Shown here: positions 15,501 through 29,000 of the stretch, piece by piece
How positions within the stretch are numbered: the stretch's first letter is position 1
Layout of the letters: every line of letters begins with the position of its first letter
NCBI RefSeq assembly: GCF_009914755.1
Contig: NC_060925.1
Strand: one strand, 5' to 3'
Source: the human T2T-CHM13v2.0 reference genome, Homo sapiens
Length of the DNA: 64,000 nucleotides
Notes under the pieces: generated by a model
The model's input: only the letters and a program-made list of their open reading frames with translations
What the model was told of the DNA's origin: nothing
The model's database searches: none
Position numbers and translations under genes: made by a program

Positions 15501-18500
15501 ATGGAATGGAATCAACATCAAACGGAAAAAAACGGAATTATCGAATGGAATCGAAGAGAATCATCGAATGGACCCGAATGGAATCATCTAATGGAATGGA
15601 ATGGAATAATCCATGGACTCGAATGCAATCATCATCCAATGGAATCGAATGGAATCATCGAATGGACTCGAATGGAATAATCATTGAACGGAATCGAATG
15701 GAATCATCATCGGATGGAAATGAATGGAATCATCATCGAATGGAATCGAATAGAATTATGGAATGAAATCCAGTGTGATCATCATCGAATGGACCCGAAT
15801 GGAATCATCATCCAACGGAAGCTAATGGAATCAACATCGAATGAATCGAATGGAAACACCATCGAATTGAAACGAATGGAATTATCATGAAATTGAAATG
15901 GATGGACTCATCATCGAATGGATTCGAATGGAATCATCGAATAAAATTGATTGAAATCATCATCGAATGGAATCGAATGGTATCATTGAATGGAATCGAA
16001 TGGAATCATAATCAGATGGAAATGAATGGAATCGTCATAGAATGGAATCGAATGGATTCATTGAATGGAATCAGATGGAATCATCGAATGGACTGGAATG
16101 GAATCATTGAATGGACTTGAAAGGGATCATGATTGAATGGAATTGAATGGAATCATCGAATGGTCTCGATTGGAATCATTATCAAATGGAATCGAATGGA
16201 ATCACCGAATAGAATCGAATGGAACAATCATCGAATGGACTCAAATGGAATTATCCTCCAATGGAATCGAATGGAATTATCGAATGCAATCGAATGGAAT
16301 TATCGAATGCAATCGAATAGAATCATCGAATGGACTCGAATGGAATCATCGAATGGAATGGAATGGAACAGTCAATGAACACGAATGGAATCATCATTGA
16401 ATGGAATCGAATGGAATCATCGAGTGGAATCGAATGGAATTATGATCAAATGGAATCGAATGTAATCATCATCAAATGGAATCAAAAATAACCATCATCA
16501 ATTGGTATTGAATGGAATTGTCATCAAATGGAATTCAAAGGAATCATCATCAAATGGAACCGAATGGAATCCTCATTGAATGGAAATGAAAGGGGTCATC
16601 GTCTTATGGAATCGCATGGAATCATCATCAAATGGAATCGAATGGAATCATCATCAAATGGAATCTAATGGAATCATTGAACAGAATTGAATGGAATCGT
16701 CATCGAATGAATTGAATGCAATCATCGAATGGTCTCGAATGGAATCATCTTCTAATGGAAAGGAATGGAATCATCGCATAGAATCGAATGGAATTATCAT
16801 CGAATGGAATCGAATGGTATCAACACCAAACGGAAAAAAACGGAATTATCGAATGGAATCGAAGAGAATCTTCGAACGGACCCGAATGGAATCATCTAAT
16901 GGAATGGAATGGAATAATCCATGGACTCGAATGCAATCATCATCGAATGGAATCGAATGGAATCATCGAATGGACTCGAATGGAATAATCATTGAAAGGA
17001 ATCGAATGGAATCATCATCGGATGGAAACGAATGGAATCATCATCGAATGGAAATGAAAGGAGTCATCATCTAATGCAATTGCATGGAATCATCATCAAA
17101 TGGAATCGAATGGAATCAACATCAAATGGAATCTAATGGAATCATTGAACAGAATTGAATGGAATCGTCATCGAATGAATTGACTGCAATCATCGAATGG
17201 TCTCGAATGGAATCATCTTCAAATGGAATGGAATGGAATCATCGCATAGAATCGAATGGAATTATCATCGAATGGAATCGAATGGAATCAACATCAAACG
17301 GAAAAAAACGGAATTATCGAATGGAATCGAAGAGAATCATCGAATGGACCCGAATGGAATCATCTAATGGAATGGAATGGAATAATCCATGGACTCGAAT
17401 GCAATCATCATCGAATGGAATCGAATGGAATCATCGAGTGGACTCGAATGGAATAATCATTGAACGGAATCGAATGGAATCATCATCGGATGGAAATGAA
17501 TGGAATCATCATCGAATGGAATCGAATAGAATTATGGAATTAAATCCAGTGTGATCATCATCGAATGGACCCGAATGGAATCATCATCCAACGGAAGCTA
17601 ATGGAATCAACATCGAATGAATCGAATGGAAACACCATCGAATTGAAACGAATGGAATTATCATGAAATTGAAATGGATGGACTCATCATCGAATGGATT
17701 CGAATGGAATCATCGAATAAAATTGATTGAAATCATCATCGAATGGAATCGAATGGTATCATTGAATGGAATCGAATGGAATCATCATCAGATGGAAATG
17801 AATGGAATCGTCATAGAATGGAATCGAATGGATTCATTGAATGGAATCAGATGGAATCATCGAATGGACTGGAATGGAATCATTGAATGGACTTGAAAGG
17901 GATCATGATTGAATGGAATTGAATGGAATCATCGAATGGTCTCGATTGGAATCATTATCAAATGGAATCGAATGGAATCACCGAATAGAATCGAATGGAA
18001 CAATCATCGAATGGACTCAAATGGAATTATCCTCAAATGGAATCGAATGGAATTATCGAATGCAATCGAATGGAATTATCGAATGCAATCGAATAGAATC
18101 ATCGAATGGACTCGAATGGAATCATCGAATGGAATGGAATGGAACAGTCAATGAACTCGAATGGAATCATCATTGAATGGAATCGAATGGAATCATCGAG
18201 TGGAATCGAATGGAATTATGATCAAATGGAATCGAATGTAATCATCATCAAATGGAATCAAAAATAACCATCATCAATTGGTATTGAATGGAATTGTCAT
18301 CAAATGGAATTCAAGGGAATCATCATCAAATGGAACCGAATGGAATCCTCATTGAATGGAAATGAAAGGGGTCATCATCTAATGGAATCGCATGGAATCA
18401 TCATCAAATGGAATCGAATGGAATCATCATCAAATGGAATCTAATGGAATCATTGAACAGAATTGAATGGAATCGTCATCGAATGAATTGAATGCAATCA

Positions 18501-21500
18501 TCGAATGGTCTCGAATGGAATCATCTTCTAATGGAAAGGAATGGAATCATCGCATAGAATCGAATGGAATTATCATCGAATGGAATCGAATGGTATCAAC
18601 ACCAAACGGAAAAAAACGGAATTATCGAATGGAATCGAAGAGAATCTTCGAACGGACCCGAATGGAATCATCTAATGGAATGGAATGGAATAATCCATGG
18701 ACTCGAATGCAATCATCATCGAATGGAATCGAATGGAATCATCGAATGGACTCGAATGGAATAATCATTGAACGGAATCGAATGGAATCATCATCGGATG
18801 GAAACGAATGGAATCATCATCGAATGGAAATGAAAGGAGTCATCATCTAATGGAATTGCATGGAATCATCATAAAATGGAATCGAATGGAATCAACATCA
18901 AATGGAATCAAATGGAATCATTGAACGGAATTGAATGGAATCGTCATCGAATGAATTGACTGCAATCATCGAATGGTCTCGAATGGAATCATCTTCAAAT
19001 GGAATGGAATGGAATCATCGCATAGAATCGAATGGAATTATCATCGAATGGAATGGAATGGAATCAACATCAAACGGAAAAAAACGGAATTATCGAATGG
19101 AATCGAAGAGAATCATCGAATGGACCCGAATGGAATCATCTAATGGAATGGAATGGAATAATCCATGGACTCGAATGCAATCATCATCCAATGGAATCGA
19201 ATGGAATCATCGAATGGACTCGAATGGAATAATCATTGAACGGAATCGAATGGAATCATCATCGGATGGAAATGAATGGAATCATCATCGAATGGAATCG
19301 AATAGAATTATGGAATGAAATCCAGTGTGATCATCATCGAATGGACCCGAATGGAATCATCATCCAACGGAAGCTAATGGAATCAACATCGAATGAATCG
19401 AATGGAAACACCATCGAATTGAAACGAATGGAATTATCATGAAATTGAAATGGATGGACTCATCATCGAATGGATTCGAATGGAATCATCGAATAAAATT
19501 GATTGAAATCATCATCGAATGGAATCGAATGGTATCATTGAATGGAATCGAATGGAATCATAATCAGATGGAAATGAATGGAATCGTCATAGAATGGAAT
19601 CGAATGGATTCATTGAATGGAATCAGATGGAATCATCGAATGGACTGGAATGGAATCATTGAATGGACTTGAAAGGGATCATGATTGAATGGAATTGAAT
19701 GGAATCATCGAATGGTCTCGATTGGAATCATTATCAAATGGAATCGAATGGAATCACCGAATAGAATCGAATGGAACAATCATCGAATGGACTCAAATGG
19801 AATTATCCTCCAATGGAATCGAATGGAATTATCGAATGCAATCGAATGGAATTATCGAATGCAATCGAATAGAATCATCGAATGGACTCGAATGGAATCA
19901 TCGAATGGAATGGAATGGAACAGTCAATGAACACGAATGGAATCATCATTGAATGGAATCGAATGGAATCATCGAGTGGAATCGAATGGAATTATGATCA
20001 AATGGAATCGAATGTAATCATCATCAAATGGAATCAAAAATAACCATCATCAATTGGTATTGAATGGAATTGTCATCAAATGGAATTCAAAGGAATCATC
20101 ATCAAATGGAACCGAATGGAATCCTCATTGAATGGAAATGAAAGGGGTCATCGTCTTATGGAATCGCATGGAATCATCATCAAATGGAATCGAATGGAAT
20201 CATCATCAAATGGAATCTAATGGAATCATTGAACAGAATTGAATGGAATCGTCATCGAATGAATTGAATGCAATCATCGAATGGTCTCGAATGGAATCAT
20301 CTTCTAATGGAAAGGAATGGAATCATCGCATAGAATCGAATGGAATTATCATCGAATGGAATCGAATGGTATCAACACCAAACGGAAAAAAACGGAATTA
20401 TCGAATGGAATCGAAGAGAATCTTCGAACGGACCCGAATGGAATCATCTAATGGAATGGAATGGAATAATCCATGGACTCGAATGCAATCATCATCGAAT
20501 GGAATCGAATGGAATCATCGAATGGACTCGAATGGAATAATCATTGAAAGGAATCGAATGGAATCATCATCGGATGGAAACGAATGGAATCATCATCGAA
20601 TGGAAATGAAAGGAGTCATCATCTAATGCAATTGCATGGAATCATCATCAAATGGAATCGAATGGAATCAACATCAAATGGAATCTAATGGAATCATTGA
20701 ACAGAATTGAATGGAATCGTCATCGAATGAATTGACTGCAATCATCGAATGGTCTCGAATGGAATCATCTTCAAATGGAATGGAATGGAATCATCGCATA
20801 GAATCGAATGGAATTATCATCGAATGGAATCGAATGGAATCAACATCAAACGGAAAAAAACGGAATTATCGAATGGAATCGAAGAGAATCATCGAATGGA
20901 CCCGAATGGAATCATCTAATGGAATGGAATGGAATAATCCATGGACTCGAATGCAATCATCATCGAATGGAATCGAATGGAATCATCGAGTGGACTCGAA
21001 TGGAATAATCATTGAACGGAATCGAATGGAATCATCATCGGATGGAAATGAATGGAATCATCATCGAATGGAATCGAATAGAATTATGGAATTAAATCCA
21101 GTGTGATCATCATCGAATGGACCCGAATGGAATCATCATCCAACGGAAGCTAATGGAATCAACATCGAATGAATCGAATGGAAACACCATCGAATTGAAA
21201 CGAATGGAATTATCATGAAATTGAAATGGATGGACTCATCATCGAATGGATTCGAATGGAATCATCGAATAAAATTGATTGAAATCATCATCGAATGGAA
21301 TCGAATGGTATCATTGAATGGAATCGAATGGAATCATCATCAGATGGAAATGAATGGAATCGTCATAGAATGGAATCGAATGGATTCATTGAATGGAATC
21401 AGATGGAATCATCGAATGGACTGGAATGGAATCATTGAATGGACTCGAAAGGGATCATGATTGAATGGAATTGAATGGAATCATCGAATGGTCTCGATTG

Positions 21501-22018
21501 GAATCATTATCAAATGGAATCGAATGGAATCACCGAATAGAATCGAATGGAACAATCATCGAATGGACTCAAATGGAATTATCCTCAAATGGAATCGAAT
21601 GGAATTATCGAATGCAATCGAATGGAATTATCGAATGCAATCGAATAGAATCATCGAATGGACTCGAATGGAATCATCGAATGGAATGGAATGGAACAGT
21701 CAATGAACTCGAATGGAATCATCATTGAATGGAATCGAATGGAATCATCGAGTGGAATCGAATGGAATTATGATCAAATGGAATCGAATGTAATCATCAT
21801 CAAATGGAATCAAAAATAACCATCATCAATTGGTATTGAATGGAATTGTCATCAAATGGAATTCAAAGGAATCATCATCAAATGGAACCGAATGGAATCC
21901 TCATTGAATGGAAATGAAAGGGGTCATCATCTAATGGAATCGCATGGAATCATCATCAAATGGAATCGAATGGAATCATCATCAAATGGAATCTAATGGA
22001 ATCATTGAACAGAATTGA
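9587..22018 (+). repeat. Seven canonical 1776-bp units arranged as an alternating 3552-bp dimer
   Basis: Markers at 9587, 11363, 13139, 14915, 16691, 18467, 20243 and 22019. Two sets of private substitutions alternate between consecutive units. Confidence 0.88.
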
Positions 22019-23081
22019 ATGGAATCGTCATCGAATGAATTGAATGCAATCATCGAATGGTCTCGAATGGAATCATCTTCTAATGGAAAGGAATGGAATC
22101 ATCGCATAGAATCGAATGGAATTATCATCGAATGGAATCGAATGGTATCAACACCAAACGGAAAAAAACGGAATTATCGAATGGAATCGAAGAGAATCTT
22201 CGAACGGACCCGAATGGAATCATCTAATGGAATGGAATGGAATAATCCATGGACTCGAATGCAATCATCATCGAATGGAATCGAATGGAATCATCGAATG
22301 GACTCGAATGGAATAATCATTGAACGGAATCGAATGGAATCATCATCGGATGGAAACGAATGGAATCATCATCGAATGGAAATGAAAGGAGTCATCATCT
22401 AATGGAATTGCATGGAATCATCATAAAATGGAATCGAATGGAATCAACATCAAATCGAATCAAACGGAATCATTGAACGGAATTGAATGGAATCGTCATC
22501 GAATGAATTGACTGCAATCATCGAATGGTCTCGAATGGAATCATCTTCAAATGGAATGGAATGGAATCATCGCATAGAATCGAATGGAATTATCACCGAA
22601 AGCAATTGAATGGAATCAACATCAAACGGAAAAAAACGGAATTATCGAATGGAATCGAAGAGAATCATCGAATGGACCCGAATGGAATCATCTAATGGAA
22701 TGGAATGGAATAATCCATGGACTCGAATGCAATCATCATCGAATGGAATCGAATGGAATCATCGAATGAACTCGAATGGAATCATCATTGAATGGAATCG
22801 AATGGAATCATCGAGTGGAATCGAATGGAATTATGATCAAATGGAATCGAATGTAATCATCATCAAATGGAATCAAAAATAACCATCATCAATTGGTATT
22901 CAATGGAATTGTCATCAAATGGAATTCAAAGGAATCATCATCAAATGGAACCGAATGGAATCCTCATTGAATGGAAATGAAAGGGGTCATCATCTAATGG
23001 AATCACATGGAATCATCATCAAATTGAAACGAATGGAATCTTCATCAAATGGAATCTAATGGAATCATTGAACAGAATTGA
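22019..23081 (+). repeat. 1063-bp truncated HSat2 unit (same 713-bp deletion)
   Basis: Spacing 22019 to 23082 with the junction at ~22765-22768. It shares the tcaccgaaagcaattg variant with the unit at 357. Confidence 0.93.
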
Positions 23082-26000
23082 ATGGAATCGTCATCGAATG
23101 AATTGAATGCAATCATCGAATGGTCTCGAATGGAATCATCTTCTAATGGAAAGGAATGGAATCATCGCATAGAATCGAATGGAATTATCATCGAATGGAA
23201 TCGAATGGTATCCACACCAAACGGAAAAAAACGGAATTATCGAAAGGAATCGAAGAGAATCTTCGAACGGACCCGAATGGAATCATCTAATGGAATGGAA
23301 TGGAATAATCCATGGACTCGAATGCAATCATCATCGAATGGAATCGAATGGAATCATCGAATGGACTCGAATGGAATAATCATTGAACGGAATCGAATGG
23401 AATCATCATCGGATGGAAACGAATGGAATCATCATCGAATGGAAATGAAAGGAGTCATCATCTAATGCAATTGCATGGAATCATCATCAAATGGAATCGA
23501 ATGGAATCAACATCAAATGGAATCTAATGGAATCATTGAACAGAATTGAATGGAATCGTCATCGAATGAATTGACTGCAATCATCGAATGGTCTCGAATG
23601 GAATCATCTTCAAATGGAATGGAATGGAATCATCGCATAGAATCGAATGGAATTATCATCGAATGGAATCGAATGGAATCAACATCAAACGGAAAAAAAC
23701 GGAATTATCGAATGGAATCGAAGAGAATCATCGAATGGACCCGAATGGAATCATCTAATGGAATGGAATGGAATAATCCATGGACTCGAATGCAATCATC
23801 ATCGAATGGAATCGAATGGAATCATCGAATGGACTCGAATGGAATAATCATTGAACGGAATCGAATGGAATCATCATCAGATGGAAATGAATGGAATCAT
23901 CATCGAATGGAATCGAATAGAATTGTGGAATGAAATCCAGTGTGATCATCATCGAATGGACCCGAATGGAATCATCATCCAAAGGAAGCTAATGGAATCA
24001 ACATCGAATGAATCAAATGGAAACACCATCGAATTGAAACGAATGGAATTATCATGAAATTGAAATGGATGGACTCATCATCGAATGGATTCGAATGGAA
24101 TCATCGAATAAAATTGATTGAAATCATCATCGAATGGAATCGAATGGTATCATTGAATGGAATCGAATGGAATCATCATCAGATGGAAATGAATGGAATC
24201 GTCATAGAATGGAATCGAATGGATTCATTGAATGGAATCAGATGGAATCATCGAATGGACTGGAATGGAATCATTGAATGGACTCGAAAGGGATCATGAT
24301 TGAATGGAATTGAATGGAATCATCGAATGGTCTCGATTGGAATCATTATCAAATGGAATCGAATGGAATCACCGAATAGAATCGAATGGAACAATCATCG
24401 AATGGACTCAAATGGAATTATCCTCAAATGGAATCGAATGGAATTATCGAATGCAATCGAATGGAATTATCGAATGCAATCGAATAGAATGATCGAATGG
24501 ACTCGAATGGAATCATCGAATGGAATGCAATGGAACAGTCAATGAACTCGAATGGAATCATCATTGAATGGAATGGAATGGAATCATCGATTGGAATCGA
24601 ATGGAATTATGATCAAATGGAATCGAATGTAATCCTCATCAAATGGAATCAAAAATAACCATCATCAATTGGTATTGAATGGAATTGTCATCAAATGGAA
24701 TTCAAAGGAATCATCATCAAATGGAACCGAATGGAATCCTCATTGAATGGAAATGAAAGGGGTCATCATCTAATGGAATCGCATGGAATCATCATCAAAT
24801 GGAATCGAATGGAATCATCATCAAATGGAATCTAATGGAATCATTGAACAGAATTGAATGGAATCGTCATCGAATGAATTGAATGCAATCATCGAATGGT
24901 CTCGAATGGAATCATCTTCTAATGGAAAGGAATGGAATCATCGCATAGAATCGAATGGAATTATCATCGAATGGAATCGAATGGTATCAACACCAAACGG
25001 AAAAAAACGGAATTATCGAATGGAATCGAAGAGAATCTTCGAACGGACCCGAATGGAATCATCTAATGGAATGGAATGGAATAATCCATGGACTCGAATG
25101 CAATCATCATCGAATGGAATCGAATGGAATCATCGAATGGACTCGAATGGAATAATCATTGAACGGAATCGAATGGAATCATCATCGGATGGAAACGAAT
25201 GGAATCATCATCGAATGGAAATGAAAGGAGTCATCATCTAATGGAATTGCATGGAATCATCATAAAATGGAATCGAATGGAATCAACATCAAATGGAATC
25301 AAATGGAATCATTGAACGGAATTGAATGGAATCGTCATCGAATGAATTGACTGCAATCATCCAATGGTCTCGAATGGAATCATCTTCAAATGGAATGGAA
25401 TGGAATCATCGCATAGAATCGAATGGAATTATCATCGAATGGAATCGAATGGAATCAACATCAAACGGAAAAAAACGGAATTATCGAATGGAATCGAAGA
25501 GAATCATCGAATGGACCCGAATGGAATCATCTAATGGAATGGAATGGAATAATCCATGGACTCGAATGCAATCATCATCGAATGGAATCGAATGGAATCA
25601 TCGAATGGACTCGAATGGAATAATCATTGAACGGAATCGAATGGAATCATCATCGGATGGAAATGAATGGAATCATCATCGAATGGAATCGAATAGAATT
25701 ATGGAATGAAATCCAGTGTGATCATCATCGAATGGACCCGAATGGAATCATCATCCAACGGAAGCTAATGGAATCAACATCGAATGAATCGAATGGAAAC
25801 ACCATCGAATTGAAACGAATGGAATTATCATGAAATTGAAATGGATGGACTCATCATCGAATGGATTCGAATGGAATCATGGAATAAAATTGATGGAAAT
25901 CATCATCCAATGGAATCGAATGGTATCATTGAATGGAATCGAATGGAATCATCATCAGATGGAAATGAATGGAATCGTCATAGAATGGAATCGAATGGAT

Positions 26001-29000
26001 TCATTGAATGGAATCAGATGGAATCATCGAATGGACTGGAATGGAATCATTGAATGGACTCGAAAGGGATCATGATTGAATGGAATTGAATGGAATCATC
26101 GAATGGTCTCGATTGGAATCATTATCAAATGGAATCGAATGGAATCACCGAATAGAATCGAATGGAACAATCATCGAATGGACTCAAATGGAATTATCCT
26201 CCAATGGAATGGAATGGAATTATCGAATGCAATCGAATGGAATTATCGAATGCAATCGAATAGAATCATCGAATGGACTCGAATGGAATCATCGAATGGA
26301 ATGGAATGGAACAGTCAATGAACTCGAATGGAATCATCATTGAATGGAATCGAATGGAATCATCGAGTGGAATCGAATGGAATTATGATCAAATGGAATC
26401 GAATGTAATCATCATCAAATGGAATCAAAAATAACCATCATCAATTGGTATTGAATGGAATTGTCATCAAATGGAATTCAAAGGAATCATCATCAAATGG
26501 AACCGAATGGAATCCTCATTGAATGGAAATGAAAGGGGTCATCATCTAATGGAATCGCATGGAATCATCATCAAATGGAATCGAATGGAATCATCATCAA
26601 ATGGAATCTAATGGAATCATTGAACAGAATTGAATGGAATCGTCATCGAATGAATTGAATGCAATCATCGAATGGTCTCGAATGGAATCATCTTCTAATG
26701 GAAAGGAATGGAATCATCGCATAGAATCGAATGGAATTATCATCGAATGGAATCGAATGGTATCAACACCAAACGGAAAAAAACGGAATTATCGAATGGA
26801 ATCGAAGAGAATCTTCGAACGGACCCGAATGGAATCATCTAATGGAATGGAATGGAATAATCCATGGACTCGAATGCAATCATCATCGAATGGAATCGAA
26901 TGGAATCATCGAATGGACTCGAATGGAATAATCATTGAACGGAATCGAATGGAATCATCATCGGATGGAAACGAATGGAATCATCATCGAATGGAAATGA
27001 AAGGAGTCATCATCTAATGGAATTGCATGGAATCATCATAAAATGGAATCGAATGGAATCAACATCAAATGGAATCAAATGGAATCATTGAACGGAATTG
27101 AATGGAATCGTCATCGAATGAATTGACTGCAATCATCCAATGGTCTCGAATGGAATCATCTTCAAATGGAATGGAATGGAATCATCGCATAGAATCGAAT
27201 GGAATTATCATCGAATGGAATCGAATGGAATCAACATCAAACGGAAAAAAACGGAATTATCGAATGGAATCGAAGAGAATCATCGAATGGACCCGAATGG
27301 AATCATCTAATGGAATGGAATGGAATAATCCATGGACTCGAATGCAATCATCATCCAATGGAATCGAATGGAATCATCGAATGGACTCGAATGGAATAAT
27401 CATTGAACGGAATCGAATGGAATCATCATCGGATGGAAATGAATGGAATCATCATCGAATGGAATCGAATAGAATTATGGAATGAAATCCAGTGTGATCA
27501 TCATCGAATGGACCCGAATGGAATCATCATCCAACGGAAGCTAATGGAATCAACATCGAATGAATCGAATGGAAACACCATCGAATTGAAACGAATGGAA
27601 TTATCATGAAATTGAAATGGATGGACTCATCATCGAATGGATTCGAATGGAATCATGGAATAAAATTGATGGAAATCATCATCCAATGGAATCGAATGGT
27701 ATCATTGAATGGAATCGAATGGAATCATCATCAGATGGAAATGAATGGAATCGTCATAGAATGGAATCGAATGGATTCATTGAATGGAATCAGATGGAAT
27801 CATCGAATGGACTGGAATGGAATCATTGAATGGACTCGAAAGGGATCATGATTGAATGGAATTGAATGGAATCATCGAATGGTCTCGATTGGAATCATTA
27901 TCAAATGGAATCGAATGGAATCACCGAATAGAATCGAATGGAACAATCATCGAATGGACTCAAATGGAATTATCCTCCAATGGAATGGAATGGAATTATC
28001 GAATGCAATCGAATGGAATTATCGAATGCAATCGAATAGAATCATCGAATGGACTCGAATGGAATCATCGAATGGAATGGAATGGAACAGTCAATGAACT
28101 CGAATGGAATCATCATTGAATGGAATCGAATGGAATCATCGAGTGGAATCGAATGGAATTATGATCAAATGGAATCGAATGTAATCATCATCAAATGGAA
28201 TCAAAAATAACCATCATCAATTGGTATTGAATGGAATTGTCATCAAATGGAATTCAAAGGAATCATCATCAAATGGAACCGAATGGAATCCTCATTGAAT
28301 GGAAATGAAAGGGGTCATCATCTAATGGAATCGCATGGAATCATCATCAAATGGAATCGAATGGAATCATCATCAAATGGAATCTAATGGAATCATTGAA
28401 CAGAATTGAATGGAATCGTCATCGAATGAATTGAATGCAATCATCGAATGGTCTCGAATGGAATCATCTTCTAATGGAAAGGAATGGAATCATCGCATAG
28501 AATCGAATGGAATTATCATCGAATGGAATCGAATGGTATCAACACCAAACGGAAAAAAACGGAATTATCGAATGGAATCGAAGAGAATCTTCGAACGGAC
28601 CCGAATGGAATCATCTAATGGAATGGAATGGAATAATCCATGGACTCGAATGCAATCATCATCGAATGGAATCGAATGGAATCATCGAATGGACTCGAAT
28701 GGAATAATCATTGAACGGAATCGATTGGAATCATCATCGGATGGAAACGAATGGAATCATCATCGAATGGAAATGAAAGGAGTCATCATCTAATGGAATT
28801 GCATGGAATCATCATAAAATGGAATCGAATGGAATCAACATCAAATGGAATCAAATGGAATCATTGAACGGAATTGAATGGAATCGTCATCGAATGAATT
28901 GACTGCAATCATCCAATGGTCTCGAATGGAATCATCTTCAAATGGAATGGAATGGAATCATCGCATAGAATCGAATGGAATTATCATCGAATGGAATCGA

